Shown here: piece after piece, positions 21,556 through 33,800 of the stretch | Position numbering within the stretch: the first letter of the stretch is position 1 | How the letters are laid out: every line of letters starts with the position of its first letter | DNA from: Macrostomum lignano | Taxonomy: Eukaryota | Direction: 5' to 3' | Length of the DNA: 61,729 bases | Assembly: GCA_002269645.1 (NCBI GenBank) | Contig: NIVC01004075.1 | Coordinates: 1 to 61,729, forward strand | Notes under the pieces: model-generated | What the model was told of the DNA's origin: nothing | The model's input: only the letters and a program-made list of their open reading frames with translations | Databases searched by the model: none | Position numbers and translations under genes: made by a program

Positions 21556-23295
21556 TCACTCCCTCTCAATGCCGCTGCCTCCGACCGTGAGCTGCTTGAC
21601 CTCCTGAGCCTCCTGCACCAGAGCGCAGAAGCTGCAGAAGAACCAGCAGCAGAAGTCATTAACGATTGACCCGTCGATGCCTTGCACCTCCCGGATGCGG
21701 CTGCGCACGTAGGTGCCCACGATGCAGGGGATGCAGAGGCTGCACAGGCAGCACAGCACGCAGTTCTCGCCCACCGCCTGCGAGTTCTTGGCGAACACGT
21801 AGCAGGGACAGAAGAAGGACAGAAGGCAGATGCCTGTCAAAGGCGAGGTGTGCAAACGGGTGATTAATAACAGAAACGTTCGGTCGCCACTACTAATCAA
21901 GTAGTCTGTAACGATTTCTAAAGCCGATGAAGGCATCTTTGTGCGTCTTTCAGTAAAAATTACAATATCTCACCTTTAGAACTTTTGAATTGCCAATGTC
22001 TGGCATTTTCTTCAAGGTTAATTAAAAAATTTCATCAAAACACTTTTCTATAAATGACAACCGAGACACAGCAGGCAAACCAGAAAAGTTACCGGCGAGA
22101 GCTCAGTTGTCCCTGGTGCATTTTCCTAGACAGAGTTTTCCCGATCGAGTTGGTCTATGGTAAAAGTACCGTTCTGTGGCGCGGACAAGTGCAAACTAGT
22201 GCAACTGGGAGCGGCTGCATAGAAGCCCTCGCGCCCGCTAGCCCTTCACGCTACGTCTGTGTGCCGCCAACCCCGTAGATTAGGGATGGACGCCCCGACA
22301 TCGTCGTGAGCGCCGTCCTCCAGCAGAGGGCCTGTCCCGCCTGACAGCCGCTCGTATTCTTCAGCCGGCAGCTGCTGTCTGCCCAAGTTAAAGTATAGCG
22401 CCTTCGACCGTGAAGCTTCTGGCACTGTGCCTAGCGGTCCGCCACTTTCGTTACTTTCCTTTACCGCATTGCAGACCGTTTCGTCTGACCCTGCCTCAAC
22501 CGCGACGTTCGCCGGTGGGTTCGCAGCTGCATCGCCTGCCAGATGGCCAAGGTCCAGCAGCACGCCATCTGCGACGTGGCGTTCGTTCATTCGCACTGGA
22601 TCGCCCGTTTCCGCGTGCCTGGCGACCTCAATTCCAACCGTTCGGCCCGCAGTTCACTTTGGAGCTGTGGGCAAGCGTCTCCCCACCTGCTGGGCATGCA
22701 AAGCTGCACGAGACGACAGGCATCCACCCCAGGCCAAAGGGCTTGTGAAGCTCAAGGCTTCCCTGCAGACGCGGCTTACGAGGCTGTCTTGGATCACCGG
22801 GCTGCCATGGGTGCTGTTGGACATCCGCACCGCTCCCAAGGAGGACCTGGGTCATCGACCGAGCTGATGTTCGGCGAATGTCTGCATGCAAGCCGGCCCA
22901 CCCGAGGGCCACGACGCGTTCCGCACGCACCTCCGCCAGGCCGTGCACGCTTTCCGCCCGCCACCGACATCCCGGCATGGCCGCCGCCCCGCCGCCCGGC
23001 CTGCCAGCCTGGACACCGTTTGGCTTTGGTCCGGCGTTGCAACCACCATACTTCGGCTCCTTCAAGGTGATGGAGCCTCGCGCAAGCAAACAACATTAAT
23101 TTGTTTGCAATAGCTGCTGCCCGCTTCAGTTCTTAATGATAAGCAGACAGAAGACTTCCTTTCTCGCCAATGAACATCTCCTACATGGGTCTGTAAGATT
23201 TAAATAGTTCTAGAATCAAGGATGTAAGATTTTAAATTCAACCCACCGCAGTCGTCGAAGCAGCCGAAGATGCTGTGCCGCCAGCCGGGTTCCAT
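21556..23295 (-). CDS. PLAC8/cornifelin family Cys-rich protein, 2 exons (23295-23247, 21833-21556)
   Basis: The spliced product MEPGWRHSIFGCFDDCGICLLSFFCPCYVF...RSRIRE..GI.GS...DFCCWFFCSFCALVQEAQE is a typical PLAC8 motif. GT-AG phase-1 intron joins in frame. Confidence 0.9.
22200..23100 (+). mobile_element. Degenerate Gypsy pol remnant (RNase H and integrase pieces) in the PLAC8 intron
   Basis: Frameshifted fragments: DAPDIVVSAVLQQ, PLVFFSRQL, KYSAFDRE/LLALCLAVRHFRYF, LKASL...LPWVLLDIRTAPKEDL...ELMFG, LQPPYFGSFKV. Confidence 0.85.
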
Positions 23296-23827
23296 GATTG
23301 CGAATTTGTATTAGTTGTTTATATGAAGGCTACAGTTTTTGATGTGTTCTAGCTGGAATCAACGAGGATTGAAAGCTTTCTCGAGGACAGAGATGAAAGA
23401 GAGACGCAGTTTTCCACGCATAGCCTATATAGTGAGTTTCTATGATAGCCGTTTAACACTGAGAAACGCAGTGCAGGGTCCACCCTAACTTTAAGAATGC
23501 TCGCAGCCAGTGCGCCTCACCTGAATGCCCACTCTAGCAGCCTCGTGACTCAGACAATTTGCACGAGGCTTAGAACTAACACGCGCACACGCACACATAG
23601 GACCAGCGGGTTTAAAGACTGTCTATTGTGCAGCATTATAAATACCCTGATATTTTGTTATTAGTATAAGCCAGCACCGACCAATGAGAGCACTGCAGTT
23701 GCATCTCGTAGCCTCTGTGTGCGAGTCGAGCAAAAGCAAAAACAGTTTTAAAACAGACAACCTCAAAGACGAGAAGTATTATTTCCTGAGAGAACAATTG
23801 CACGGCAGACTGGCACAGCTGTAGCAT

Positions 23828-26800
23828 ATGGAAGCCGCAACCGACTGTGCGCCGGGATGGCTGAAAGAGCGGACTCTGACATCGCTTGAAGATGTTTATG
23901 AAAGTGAGTCTGCTTTCGGGCTGAGCGGATTATATAACTTTTATCTGTTTTTTTAAAGGAAATAATATTATGAACACTGATTCTAGAACACAGAGTATCA
24001 TGACCCCAGAGCAGCATGACCCCAGAGCAGCATGACCCCAGAGCAGCATGACCCCAGAGCAGCATGACCCCAGAGCAGCATGACCCCAGAGCAGCATGAC
24101 CCCAGAGCAGCATGACCCCAGAGCAGCATGACCCCAGAGCAGCATGACCCCAGAGCAGCATGACCCCAGAGCAGCATGACCCCAGAGCAGCATGACCCCA
24201 GAGCAGCATGACCCCAGAGCAGCATGACCCCAGAGCAGCATGACCCCAGAGCAGCATGACCCCAGAGCAGCATGACCCCAGAGCAGCATGACCCCAGAGC
24301 AGCATGACCCCAGAGCAGCATGACCCCAGAGCAGCATGACCCCAGAGCAGCATGACCCCAGAGCAGCATGACCCCAGAGCAGCATGACCCCAGAGCAGCA
24401 TGACCCCAGAGCAGCATGACCCCAGAGCAGCATGACCCCAGAGCAGCATGACCCCAGAGCAGCATGACCCCAGAGCAGCATGACCCCAGAGCAGCATGAC
24501 CCCAGAGCAGCATGACCCCAGAGCAGCATGACCCCAGAGCAGCATGACCCCAGAGCAGCATGACCCCAGAGCAGCATGACCCCAGAGCAGCATGACCCCA
24601 GAGCAGCATGACCCCAGAGCAGCATGACCCCAGAGCAGCATGACCCCAGAGCAGCATGACCCCAGAGCAGCATGACCCCAGAGCAGCATGACCCCAGAGC
24701 AGCATGACCCCAGAGCAGCATGACCCCAGAGCAGCATGACCCCAGAGCAGCATGACCCCAGAGCAGCATGACCCCAGAGCAGCATGACCCCAGAGCAGCA
24801 TGACCCCAGAGCAGCATGACCCCAGAGCAGCATGACCCCAGAGCAGCATGACCCCAGAGCAGCATGACCCCAGAGCAGCATGACTCAGTACCTCGAACTC
24901 ATTACCGCATTATTATAATCCTGCAGAGCTGCGGCAGGGTGGCAGCGGCGGCAGCGCGGGTCCACAGGAGGCCTATCGCCAGCAGTGCGACCGGCTGAAG
25001 GCGGCCCTGGCCCGAGTCTGCCTGCTGCAGCTCAGCGATGCCCGGGTCCGGCTGTGCTTCTACTACCCGCACGACAGACAGGCCGCCGCTTTTCTCAAGG
25101 CGCTGCGGGTAAAAAATTCCTATACGATAATTTGTGTTCAACCAATTTATAGTACTGATCTGTACTTATGCTTAGAGCATACTAAATATACGAGCGTACG
25201 TTCCTTACGTCGGCTGTCTGGGAACTTATAACAAACTAGAGCTCAAAACACATCCAAACCACTCCAGCTGAATCCGAACCTACTCGAGCTCAATCTCAAG
25301 GACAACGGGTTCGACTCCAAGGCCAAACTGACAAGACTAAGCCGACTGCTTGAGGACCATGGCACCATTGCCAGGCTGGTGAGTCCAGCTAAATTTTGTT
25401 TTAAACAAATTGAAAAATTCAACTTGTCGGATGGATTCGTTGAATATCGAGATAGTTTGTGTGTTATTTATGTTTCAGTTTCAACAATTAGTAATAAACA
25501 TTGAGCTTTATTATTGCACTTTCGAAGCACTGTTAATTTTTCCAATATTTTCCGGCATTTATTGAAAAATTATTGACTGTCAAGTTTTAGTTGAAAAATT
25601 TCAGCTCGAAATGGTTAATTGATTGGTCAATCAAAAAACAAAAAAAATAGATGCCGCAAATAAAAATAAACCTAAATGATTAAAGTTCAGTATCCAATCA
25701 ACAGGTGACTATTCCAAAGCAAAAACATGACATGACGCGTTAGCTTATTGGTATATTTTTTGTATAAGTTTTTGCACTCTGTGTAAACAAATATTTTAAA
25801 TAAAAACTCATTTTAATAAAAAATCTTGTAAATTAAGAAATCTTTTTAAATACAAGAAATAAACAAATCTATATTTTGATTCGGGAAAAGTGCCGCTATT
25901 TTATTAAATTTGCAGCAAATGCATGCTAAAAATTCAAACTTTCGCGCATTTCTTCTGAAAAGATTTTCTCATTCGAAACGGATTTTGATCGTCCTAAGAT
26001 TGTGCACGATAAAACTCAATTGGATGCAATGCATTGTGCAAAATATCCGGGTTTCCAAAAAAGTCTGTTAAGTTAAAAATTATGTTTGAAAAGAAAGTTT
26101 ATTTTAAGTAATTCATTGATTTGTCTATTGATTAAAATCTGTTTATTCCCGATTTAGGTTTCTTAGCACTACAATTTAATAGATATATTCTTAGCTTGCT
26201 CTGTGCATTTTCAATAGTTTAATTTAAACAAACTCCATCATTTTGAAAGTGTGCCGGAGACGCAACTACGATATAAAAACCGCTCATTAAATAGCATTTT
26301 AATTACAAGCATGTAGTTTAAAGCATCACTTTCACCAACTGCAACGCCGTTTCTGTTTGCAGAATCTGAGCCAAAACAGACTTACAGGCGGGCCATTCGC
26401 TACTCTGCACTCTGCGCTGAGCCAGGGTGCCTCGCTAGTGAGCATGAAGCTGAGCCGCTGCGGCCTGGCTGACAGCGACGGAGCCCTGCTGGGCAGCTTT
26501 CTCACGGTCTCTGGTGGGAGAAGACTGAGGGGTCTTCTTTATCAATAAAGCAGGCATATATCATGTCAATAACCGTTCTTGAGGCCGCGGGTCAAGAGTG
26601 GGCGCAGTACAAGCCGGACAGCATAGGACGGAGAAGGCATCGAAAGTTTAGAGAAGCAGTCACAGCTTGGGACACAGACAGAAGCAGTCACAGCTTGGGA
26701 CACAGACAGAAGCAGTCACAGCTTGGGACACAGACAGAAGCAGGCACAGCTTGGGACACAGAGGACACAGACAGAAACAGACACTGCTGGGACACAGACA

Positions 26801-29197
26801 GAAGCAGTCACAGCTTGGGACACAGAAACAGACACAGCTTGGGACACACAAACAAACACAGCTTGGGACACAGACAGTAAAAGACAGCTTGGGACACAGA
26901 CAGAAACAGACACTGCTGGGACACAGACAGAAGCAGGCACAGCTTGGGACATAGAAACAGACACAGCTTGGGACACAGAAACAGACACAGCTTGGGACAC
27001 ACAAACAAACACAGCTTGGGACACAGACAGTAAAAGACAGCTTGGGACACAGACAGAAACAGACACTGCTGGGACACAGACAGAAGCAGTCACAGCTTGG
27101 GACATAGAAACAGACACAGCTTGGGACACAGAAACAGACACAGCTTGGGACACACAAAAAAACACAGCTTGGGACACAGAAACAGACACAGCTTGGGACA
27201 CAGAAACAGACACAGCTTGGGACACAGAAACAGACACAGCTTGGGACACAGAAACAGACACAGCTTGGGACACAGACAGTAAAAGACAGCTTGGGACACA
27301 AACAGAAACAGACACAGCTTGGGACACAGACAGTAAAAGACAGCTTGGGACACAGACAGAAACAGACACAGCTTGGGACACAGACAGAAACAGACACAGC
27401 TTGGGACACAGACAGAAACAGACACAGCTTGGGACACAGACAGAAACAGACAGCTTGAGACACAGAAGCAGACAAAATGAGACGTATCTCAGGCAAACAA
27501 TCTAACTGAACTAAAAGCAACATTGAAAGTTAGAAAGGATATTCTCTTTGAGGTTGTGCTGCAGCCTATCATCAGTGTAAATTGCATACTTCAATGCCCG
27601 CAGAGGGACAAGCACCTGGAGCACCTTGACATCAGCGGGAACAATTTGGGACCACAAACTGCCACCGCTTTGGCCCAAGCTCTGCGAGTGAACGCCTACC
27701 TGATTGACCTGGACCTGTCTTGGAACACCTTTAATAGCGCCTGCTTTGCCACCCTGGCCAGCGGATTGGCTGTGAGTGCGAGCGCACCTGAGATCAATGT
27801 CGGTCAACATCAAAGAAAACCAGTTAAATCAATAATTGATCAGGTGTTATCATAAAATAGATTTTTCATAAAGTAGCAGACAAAGTAAAGCGTGCGGCTG
27901 CTATTTAAATAAGGCGGCGGCAACATCAAAGGATTTAATAGCTTGTACATTAAAGGTGGAGTAGGGTGGCGGCCGTAAAATACACTGGTGAATCGTTTGC
28001 GCATTTCCTTCTGTCGATTGGGGAATAATTTCTTTGAGTGGAGAATTCCTTGAATTGGGAATTTTAGTGAGTGCATGGGGAATTCCGTGAATTGGGAATT
28101 TTAGTGAGTGCATGGGGAATTCCTTGAATTAGGAACTTTGGGATTGGGGAATTCCCTGAATTGAGAATTTTTGGCGAGTGGGGAATTCCTTGAATTGGGA
28201 ATTATGGTCAGTGGGGAATTGCGTGAATTAGGAACTTTGGGATTGGGGAATTCCCTGAATTGAGAATTTTTGGCGAGTGGGGAATTCCTTGAATTGGGAA
28301 TTTTGGTCAGTGGGGAATTGCGTGAATTGGAAATTTTGGTTAGTGCAGAATTTCTTTTGAGCAGAGAAATTCTTCGATTGGGGAATTCCTCGAATTTGGA
28401 ATTTCGGAGAGTGGGGAATTCCGGCAATTTGGATAATTTATCAGTCATTTTGCCCTCCCCCACACTCGACAGGCCAACTCGGAGCTGCGCCGGCTGAACT
28501 GCAGCTGTAACGGCGCCGAGGACCGCGGACTGGCGGCGCTGCTGAAGGCGGCAACCGCGGACGCCAGCCGGCTGCGCGTGCTGGAGCTGGACAACTGCCG
28601 CGTCACTCACCTGAGCACGCCGGAGCTGCTGCAGTGCCTTCGCCGACAGCCCGGCCGACTGCACGCCGTCAAGCTGAACCGAAATCTGTTTAGGGAGGCC
28701 GACGTGCTGCAGCTGCTGGCTGCGGTGGCGGCGCTGCCCGAGTCACAGCTGGCCCTCCTGGAGGTCAATGTGAGTCAGTTTGAGACAGGCTCTCTCCGAG
28801 TGCCAGTCAGTCTGAGACAGGCTCTCTCTCCGAGTGCCAGTTAGTCTGAGACCGGCTCTTTTCGAGTGCCAGTCAGTCTGAGACCGGCTCTTTCCGAGTG
28901 CCAGTCAGTTTTAGACAGACTCTCTCTGAGTGCCAGTCAGTTTTAGACAGACTCTCTCTGAGTACCAGTCAGTTTGAGACAGGCTCTCTCTCCGAGTGCC
29001 AGTCAGTCTGAGACAGGCTCTCTCCGAGTGCCAGTCAGTTTGAAACGCCACATGCAATAACAAAATGACGAAATCTCCCTCAGAATGTGCCTCGAACCCA
29101 GTCCATCACTGAAGCGACACCCGCTGGTCTGCGTGTGACTCTCCGTCTGGAGAAGGAGGTCAAAGTGCGGATGGTCAACGCGGACTCGCTCGCCTAG
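23828..29197 (+). CDS. LRRC74-like RI-type leucine-rich repeat protein, 363 aa, 7 exons (23828-23903, 24927-25108, 25268-25378, 26363-26506, 27604-27771, 28473-28769, 29084-29197)
   Basis: Exons join in frame at GT-AG sites. LRRs: LLELNLKDN, NLSQN, MKLSRC, LEHLDISGNNLG, LIDLDLSWN, LRRLNCSCN, LRVLELDNC, VKLNRN. The C-terminal pattern resembles LRRC74A/B. Confidence 0.78.
24000..24884. repeat. Perfect 16-bp tandem array (ATGACCCCAGAGCAGC), ~55 copies, LRR gene intron 1
   Basis: Period 16 with no variants seen. Confidence 0.97.
26650..27475. repeat. Complex minisatellite built on CAGCTTGGGACACAGA(C/A)A units, LRR gene intron 4
   Basis: Variable-length units sharing GCTTGGGACACA. Confidence 0.92.
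28020..28430. repeat. Degenerate GGGAATT-based repeat, LRR gene intron 5
   Basis: Recurrent GGGGAATTCCTTGAATTGGGAATTTT units. Confidence 0.85.
28775..29045. repeat. ~32-34-bp minisatellite (GAGACAGGCTCTCTCCGAGTGCCAGTCAGTCT), LRR gene intron 6
   Basis: About 8 units starting right at the splice donor. Confidence 0.88.
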
Positions 29198-29239
29198 GAC
29201 TTGCTGCTGTCAGTGCAGTGGAATAGCATTGTTGCAGTG

Positions 29240-29800
29240 GGATATTGGAGTGAGGTGGGTGTTAGAGTGGGGGTGTTGGAGTTGGGTAGGTGTTGGCAGG
29301 GGCGTCTCCATGGATTTTATGGTGGGGGGGGGACAAAGCCAAGAATTCAATATGTTCATGTACATACTCAATTCCTTTAACATTATTTTCAGAATCGGTG
29401 TTGTCAGCGCTTATTTTAGCGCCGCAGGCACTCATTTTGTTGCCGCAGGCGCTATGTTTTGTCATCCTGAAGCAAAGTTATTGATTTCCATAACTGGTCA
29501 CAAGGTGGGGTAGGGGACAAAGCATTGGCATATCCCCCCGTACATAGCTTCTATGTGGGGGGCCTTGTCCCCCTTGCCCCCCCTCTTGGCGACGACCCTG
29601 GGTGTTGGAGTGGGGTGGGTGTTGGAGTTGGGCGGGTGTTGGAGTGCGGTGGGTATCGGAATGGGGTGGGTGTTAGAGTGGGGTGGGTGTTGGAGTTGGA
29701 TGTCGGAATGGGGTGAGTGTTAGAGTGGGGTGGGTGTTGGAGTGGGGTGGGTGTCGGAATGGGGTGGGTGTTGGATAGGGGGTAGGTGTGGAGTGGCGGG
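29240..29800. repeat. G/T-rich degenerate repeat (GGGGTGGGTGTTGGAGT) interrupted by the MITE
   Basis: Units are present on both sides of 29297-29600. Confidence 0.75.
29297..29600. mobile_element. Second copy of the CAGGGGCG MITE family (inverted, only ~2 copies of the 21-mer)
   Basis: Termini CAGGGGCGTCTCCA...TGGCGACGACCCTG. The interior is homologous to the reverse complement of 18381-18967. Flanked by GGTGTTGG on both sides. Confidence 0.82.
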
Positions 29801-30860
29801 GTTAAAAAGCTGATTAGACACAGTGCGGCGACACTCATATCCAGTGGAAGATTGATCATATTTTCTTTTACAAAATGAATTGCCATATATTCCCAAATTA
29901 TGTTACATCTCTCATTCACTTTACATTTACTTTTAAATTTGCATTTTAAGAACTTTTTAAAACAAAAAATCACTAAATATTTTACACGAATGCCATATCT
30001 GTCACTAAAATTTAAAGTGATGTTTTAACATATTTTCTATTTATATTACTGGAAGTAACAAATAAAAAATCAATAAATATTGAACGCATTCAGATAAGCT
30101 GACGGATGCGAATGATAACCGAGTTCAAAAACGAGTAAAAGAAACTATAAAGTACTGAAAAAAGCATTTTGTTGGAGTGCAACTACTTCTAGTAGCCAGG
30201 AACGGTTTTTTAAATAACTTAAACAATCTAAAAAGCACAGCCTCATTTAAACACTAAAAAATCGAATGATGGATTTTTTTTTTCATTCATAACTACGCAT
30301 ACGGAAAACAGTCATGTCCCTTACTGCCTACTAACAGTATCACAAAGTATGAAATTTTAGGAAACAACGCCAGATAGAAATAAAGCAAGCAATTTACAAC
30401 AAACTCTCTGCGCAAATAAGTCGCAAATTTGAGCAATGGGCTGAGAAATGAATGGATTTAGCAATCTACTACTGGCTATGCTGGGAGATTCGCATGATAT
30501 GATAGGATATTATCCGTTAATAATTCTGCCAAATAGCAGCATTCAGAGTAACTACATCAGTGCAATGGTCCAGCAGCTGTTTCGGAGCAAATTTGGCTGA
30601 AAATCGCAGACGCCGAATACGGAAAAGTAAAAAGCAGCGCTTTATTCTCTTTAGAATAAAAATAAAATTGCGATGCTTGATTACATCCGCTTCAAGACGA
30701 GTTTTTCAAGGCATTTACGGTAGGTCAGCTGGTAGGTCAGTGTCACCCAGTCAATGGCTGGCACAAAACCAGCTTGAAAATCAATAAAATATCGCAAGAA
30801 AATGTAATAGCAACTGATTAATTAAGGTTCTCTGACTAACGGTGGCGGGTAACTCTGGCC

Positions 30861-33800
30861 TCATTGACTTCTGAGCTGATAGTCGCCATTCTGAGTGATG
30901 TAGCGAACCCAAGGCAGCGCTTGGTAGCCGCTCTTCTCGAACACTTTCAGGTAGCGAACCTGGGGGGAGGGGTTAAAGGCAAGTTAAATTAAAAAATAAA
31001 GAATCCGAACTAATTAGAGTCATGCTTTTGCTAACCCAAGAGATTGATGCGATGTGACCTTGAGATCCAAGAGTGTGTGTGGCGTGACCTTGAATACGAT
31101 GGGGTGGTGGCGTGACCTTGATATCCGATGAGGTATGAGGTGGTGGCGTGACCTTGAATCCGATCGGGTGGTGGCGTGACCTTGAGATCCGATGAGGTAT
31201 GAGGTGGTGGCGTGACCTTGAGATCCGATGGGGTGGTGGCGTGATCCGATGGGGTGGTGGCGTGATCCGATGGGTGGTGGCATGACCTTGAGATCCGATG
31301 GGGTGGTGGCATGACCTTGAGATTCGATGGGGTGGTGGCGTGATCCGATGGGGTGGTGGCATGACCTTGAGATCCGATGGGGTGGTGGCATGACCTTGAG
31401 ATTCGATGGGGTGGTGGCGTGACCTAGAGGTCCGAGAACTTAATGGCAAGGCCGTAAAAACTCCCCAGAAAACGGCCAAGAAATGGCGCACCTGAATCCC
31501 GGACACGGTGAAGTAGGGAATCTCGAATCTGACCGAGACGGGTGGCCGGGCCTCCAGTTCATCGGTCTCAACGCTAGGCAGGCCGAAGTGCGCTCGCATG
31601 ATGTGCTCCTTGCCGCCAGGGAAGGACTTGATGCTCCACACCACCGAGTTTGTCTCCGGCTCGTAGCGACAACTGCCGGCTGTGGTCTGGCGTGTGGGGA
31701 ATGTGTATTGATAGCAGATAGGAATGGTATAGGAGTGTAAGGAATGGGAAGAATGGGGACGGGAAGAATGAGGACGGGAAGAATGGGGATAGGAAGAATG
31801 AGGACGGGAAGAATGGGGACGGGAAGAATGGGGACGGGAAGAATGGGGACGGGAAGAATGGGCACGGGAAGAATGGGGTCGGGAAGAATGGGGACGGGAA
31901 GAATGGGGATAGGAAGAATGAGGACGGGAAGAATGGGGACGGGAAGAATGGGGACGGGAAGAATGGGGACGGGAAGAATGGGGATAGGAAGAATGAGGAT
32001 GGGAAGAATGGGGTCGGGAAGAATGGGGACGGGAAGAATGGGGACGGGAAGAATGGGGACGGGAAGAATGAGGACGGGAAGAATGGGGACGGGAAGAATG
32101 AGGACGGGAAGAATGGGGATAGGAAGAATGAGGGTGGGAAGAATGGGGACGGGAAGAATGGGGACGGGAAGAATGGGCACGGGAAGAATGGGGTCGGGAA
32201 GAATGGGGACGGGAAGAATGGGGACGGGAAGAATGGGGACGGGAAGAATGAGGACGGGAAGAATGGGCACGGGAAGAATGAGGACGGGAAGAATGGGGAT
32301 AGGAAGAATGAGGACGGGAAGAATGGGCACGGGAAGAATGGTGACGGGAAGAATGGGGTGGGAAGAATGGGGACGGGAAGAACGGGGACGGGAAGAATGG
32401 GGATAGGAAGAATGAGGATGGGAAGAATGGGGTCGGGAAGAATGGGCACGGGAAGAACGGGGACGGGAAGAATGGGGATAGGAAGAATGAGGACGGGAAG
32501 AATGGGGTCGGGAAGAATGGGGACGGGAAGAATGGGGATAGGAAGAATGAGGACGGGAAGAATGGGGTGGGAAGAATGGGGACGGGAAGAATGGGGACGG
32601 GAAGAATGGGGACGGGAAGAATGGGGACGGGAAGAATGGGGACGGGAAGAATGAGGACGGGAAGAATGGGGACGGGAAGAATGGGGACGGGAAGAATGGG
32701 GATAGGAAGAATGAGGGTGGGAAGAATGGGGACGGGAAGAATGGGGACGGGAAGAATGGGCACGGGAAGAATGGGGTCGGGAAGAATGGGGACGGGAAGA
32801 ATGGGGACGGGAAGAATGGGGACGGGAAGAATGAGGACGGGAAGAATGGGCACGGGAAAAATGAAGACGGGAAGAATGGGGATAGGAAGAATGAGGACGG
32901 GAAGAATGGGCACGGGAAGAATGGTGACGGGAAGAATGGGGTGGGAAGAATGGGGACGGGAAGAACGGGGACGGGAAGAATGGGGATAGGAAGAATGAGG
33001 ATGGGAAGAATGGGGTCGGGAAGAATGGGCACGGGAAGAACGGGGACGGGAAGAATGGGGATAGGAAGAATGGGGTGGGAAGAATGGGGACGGGAAGAAT
33101 GGGGACGGGAAGAATGGGGACGGGAAGAATGAGGACGGGAAGAATGGGGACGGGAAGAATGAGGACGGGAAGAATGGGGATAGGAAGAATGAGGGTGGGA
33201 AGAATGGGGACGGGAAGAATGGGGACGGGAAGAATGGACACGGGAAGAATGGGGTCGGGAAGAATGGGGACGGGAAGAATGGGGACGGGAAGAATGGGGA
33301 CGAGAAGAATGAGGACGGGAAGAATGGGGACGGGAAGAATGAGGACGGGAAGAATGGGGATAGGAAGAATGAGGACGGGAAGAATGGGCACGGGAAGAAT
33401 GGTGACGGGAAGAATGGGGTGGGAAGAATGGGGACGGGAAGAACGGGGACGGGAAGAATGGGGATAGGAAGAATGAGGACGGGAAGAATGGGGACGGGAA
33501 GAATGGGGATAGGAAGAATGAGGACGGGAAGAATGGGGACGGGAAGAATGGGGATAGGAAGAATGAGGACGGGAAGAATGGGGACGGGAAGAATTTGGAT
33601 GGGAAGAATGGGCACGGGAAGAATGGGGATAGGAAGAATGAGGACGGGAAGAATGGGGACGGGAAGAATGGGGACGGGAAGAATGGGGACGGGAAGAATG
33701 GTGACGGGAAGAATGGGCACGGGAAGAATGGGCACGGGAATACTGGGAACCACATGCACGCAGTCACCTTGAACTTGGGCGAGTCCACATCCTGCGGCAC

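Noticed and set aside
23763-24881. Three long minus-strand ORFs of repeated MLLWGHAALGSCCSGV
   Set aside because: Artefact of the stop-free 16-bp array lying in an intron of the plus-strand LRR gene.
24000-24884. Possible CRISPR array
   Set aside because: Contiguous units with no unique spacers, no cas genes, eukaryotic context.
26660-27523. Repetitive ORFs (CVPSCVCF, TAWDTETD)
   Set aside because: Translations of an intronic minisatellite, open in many frames.
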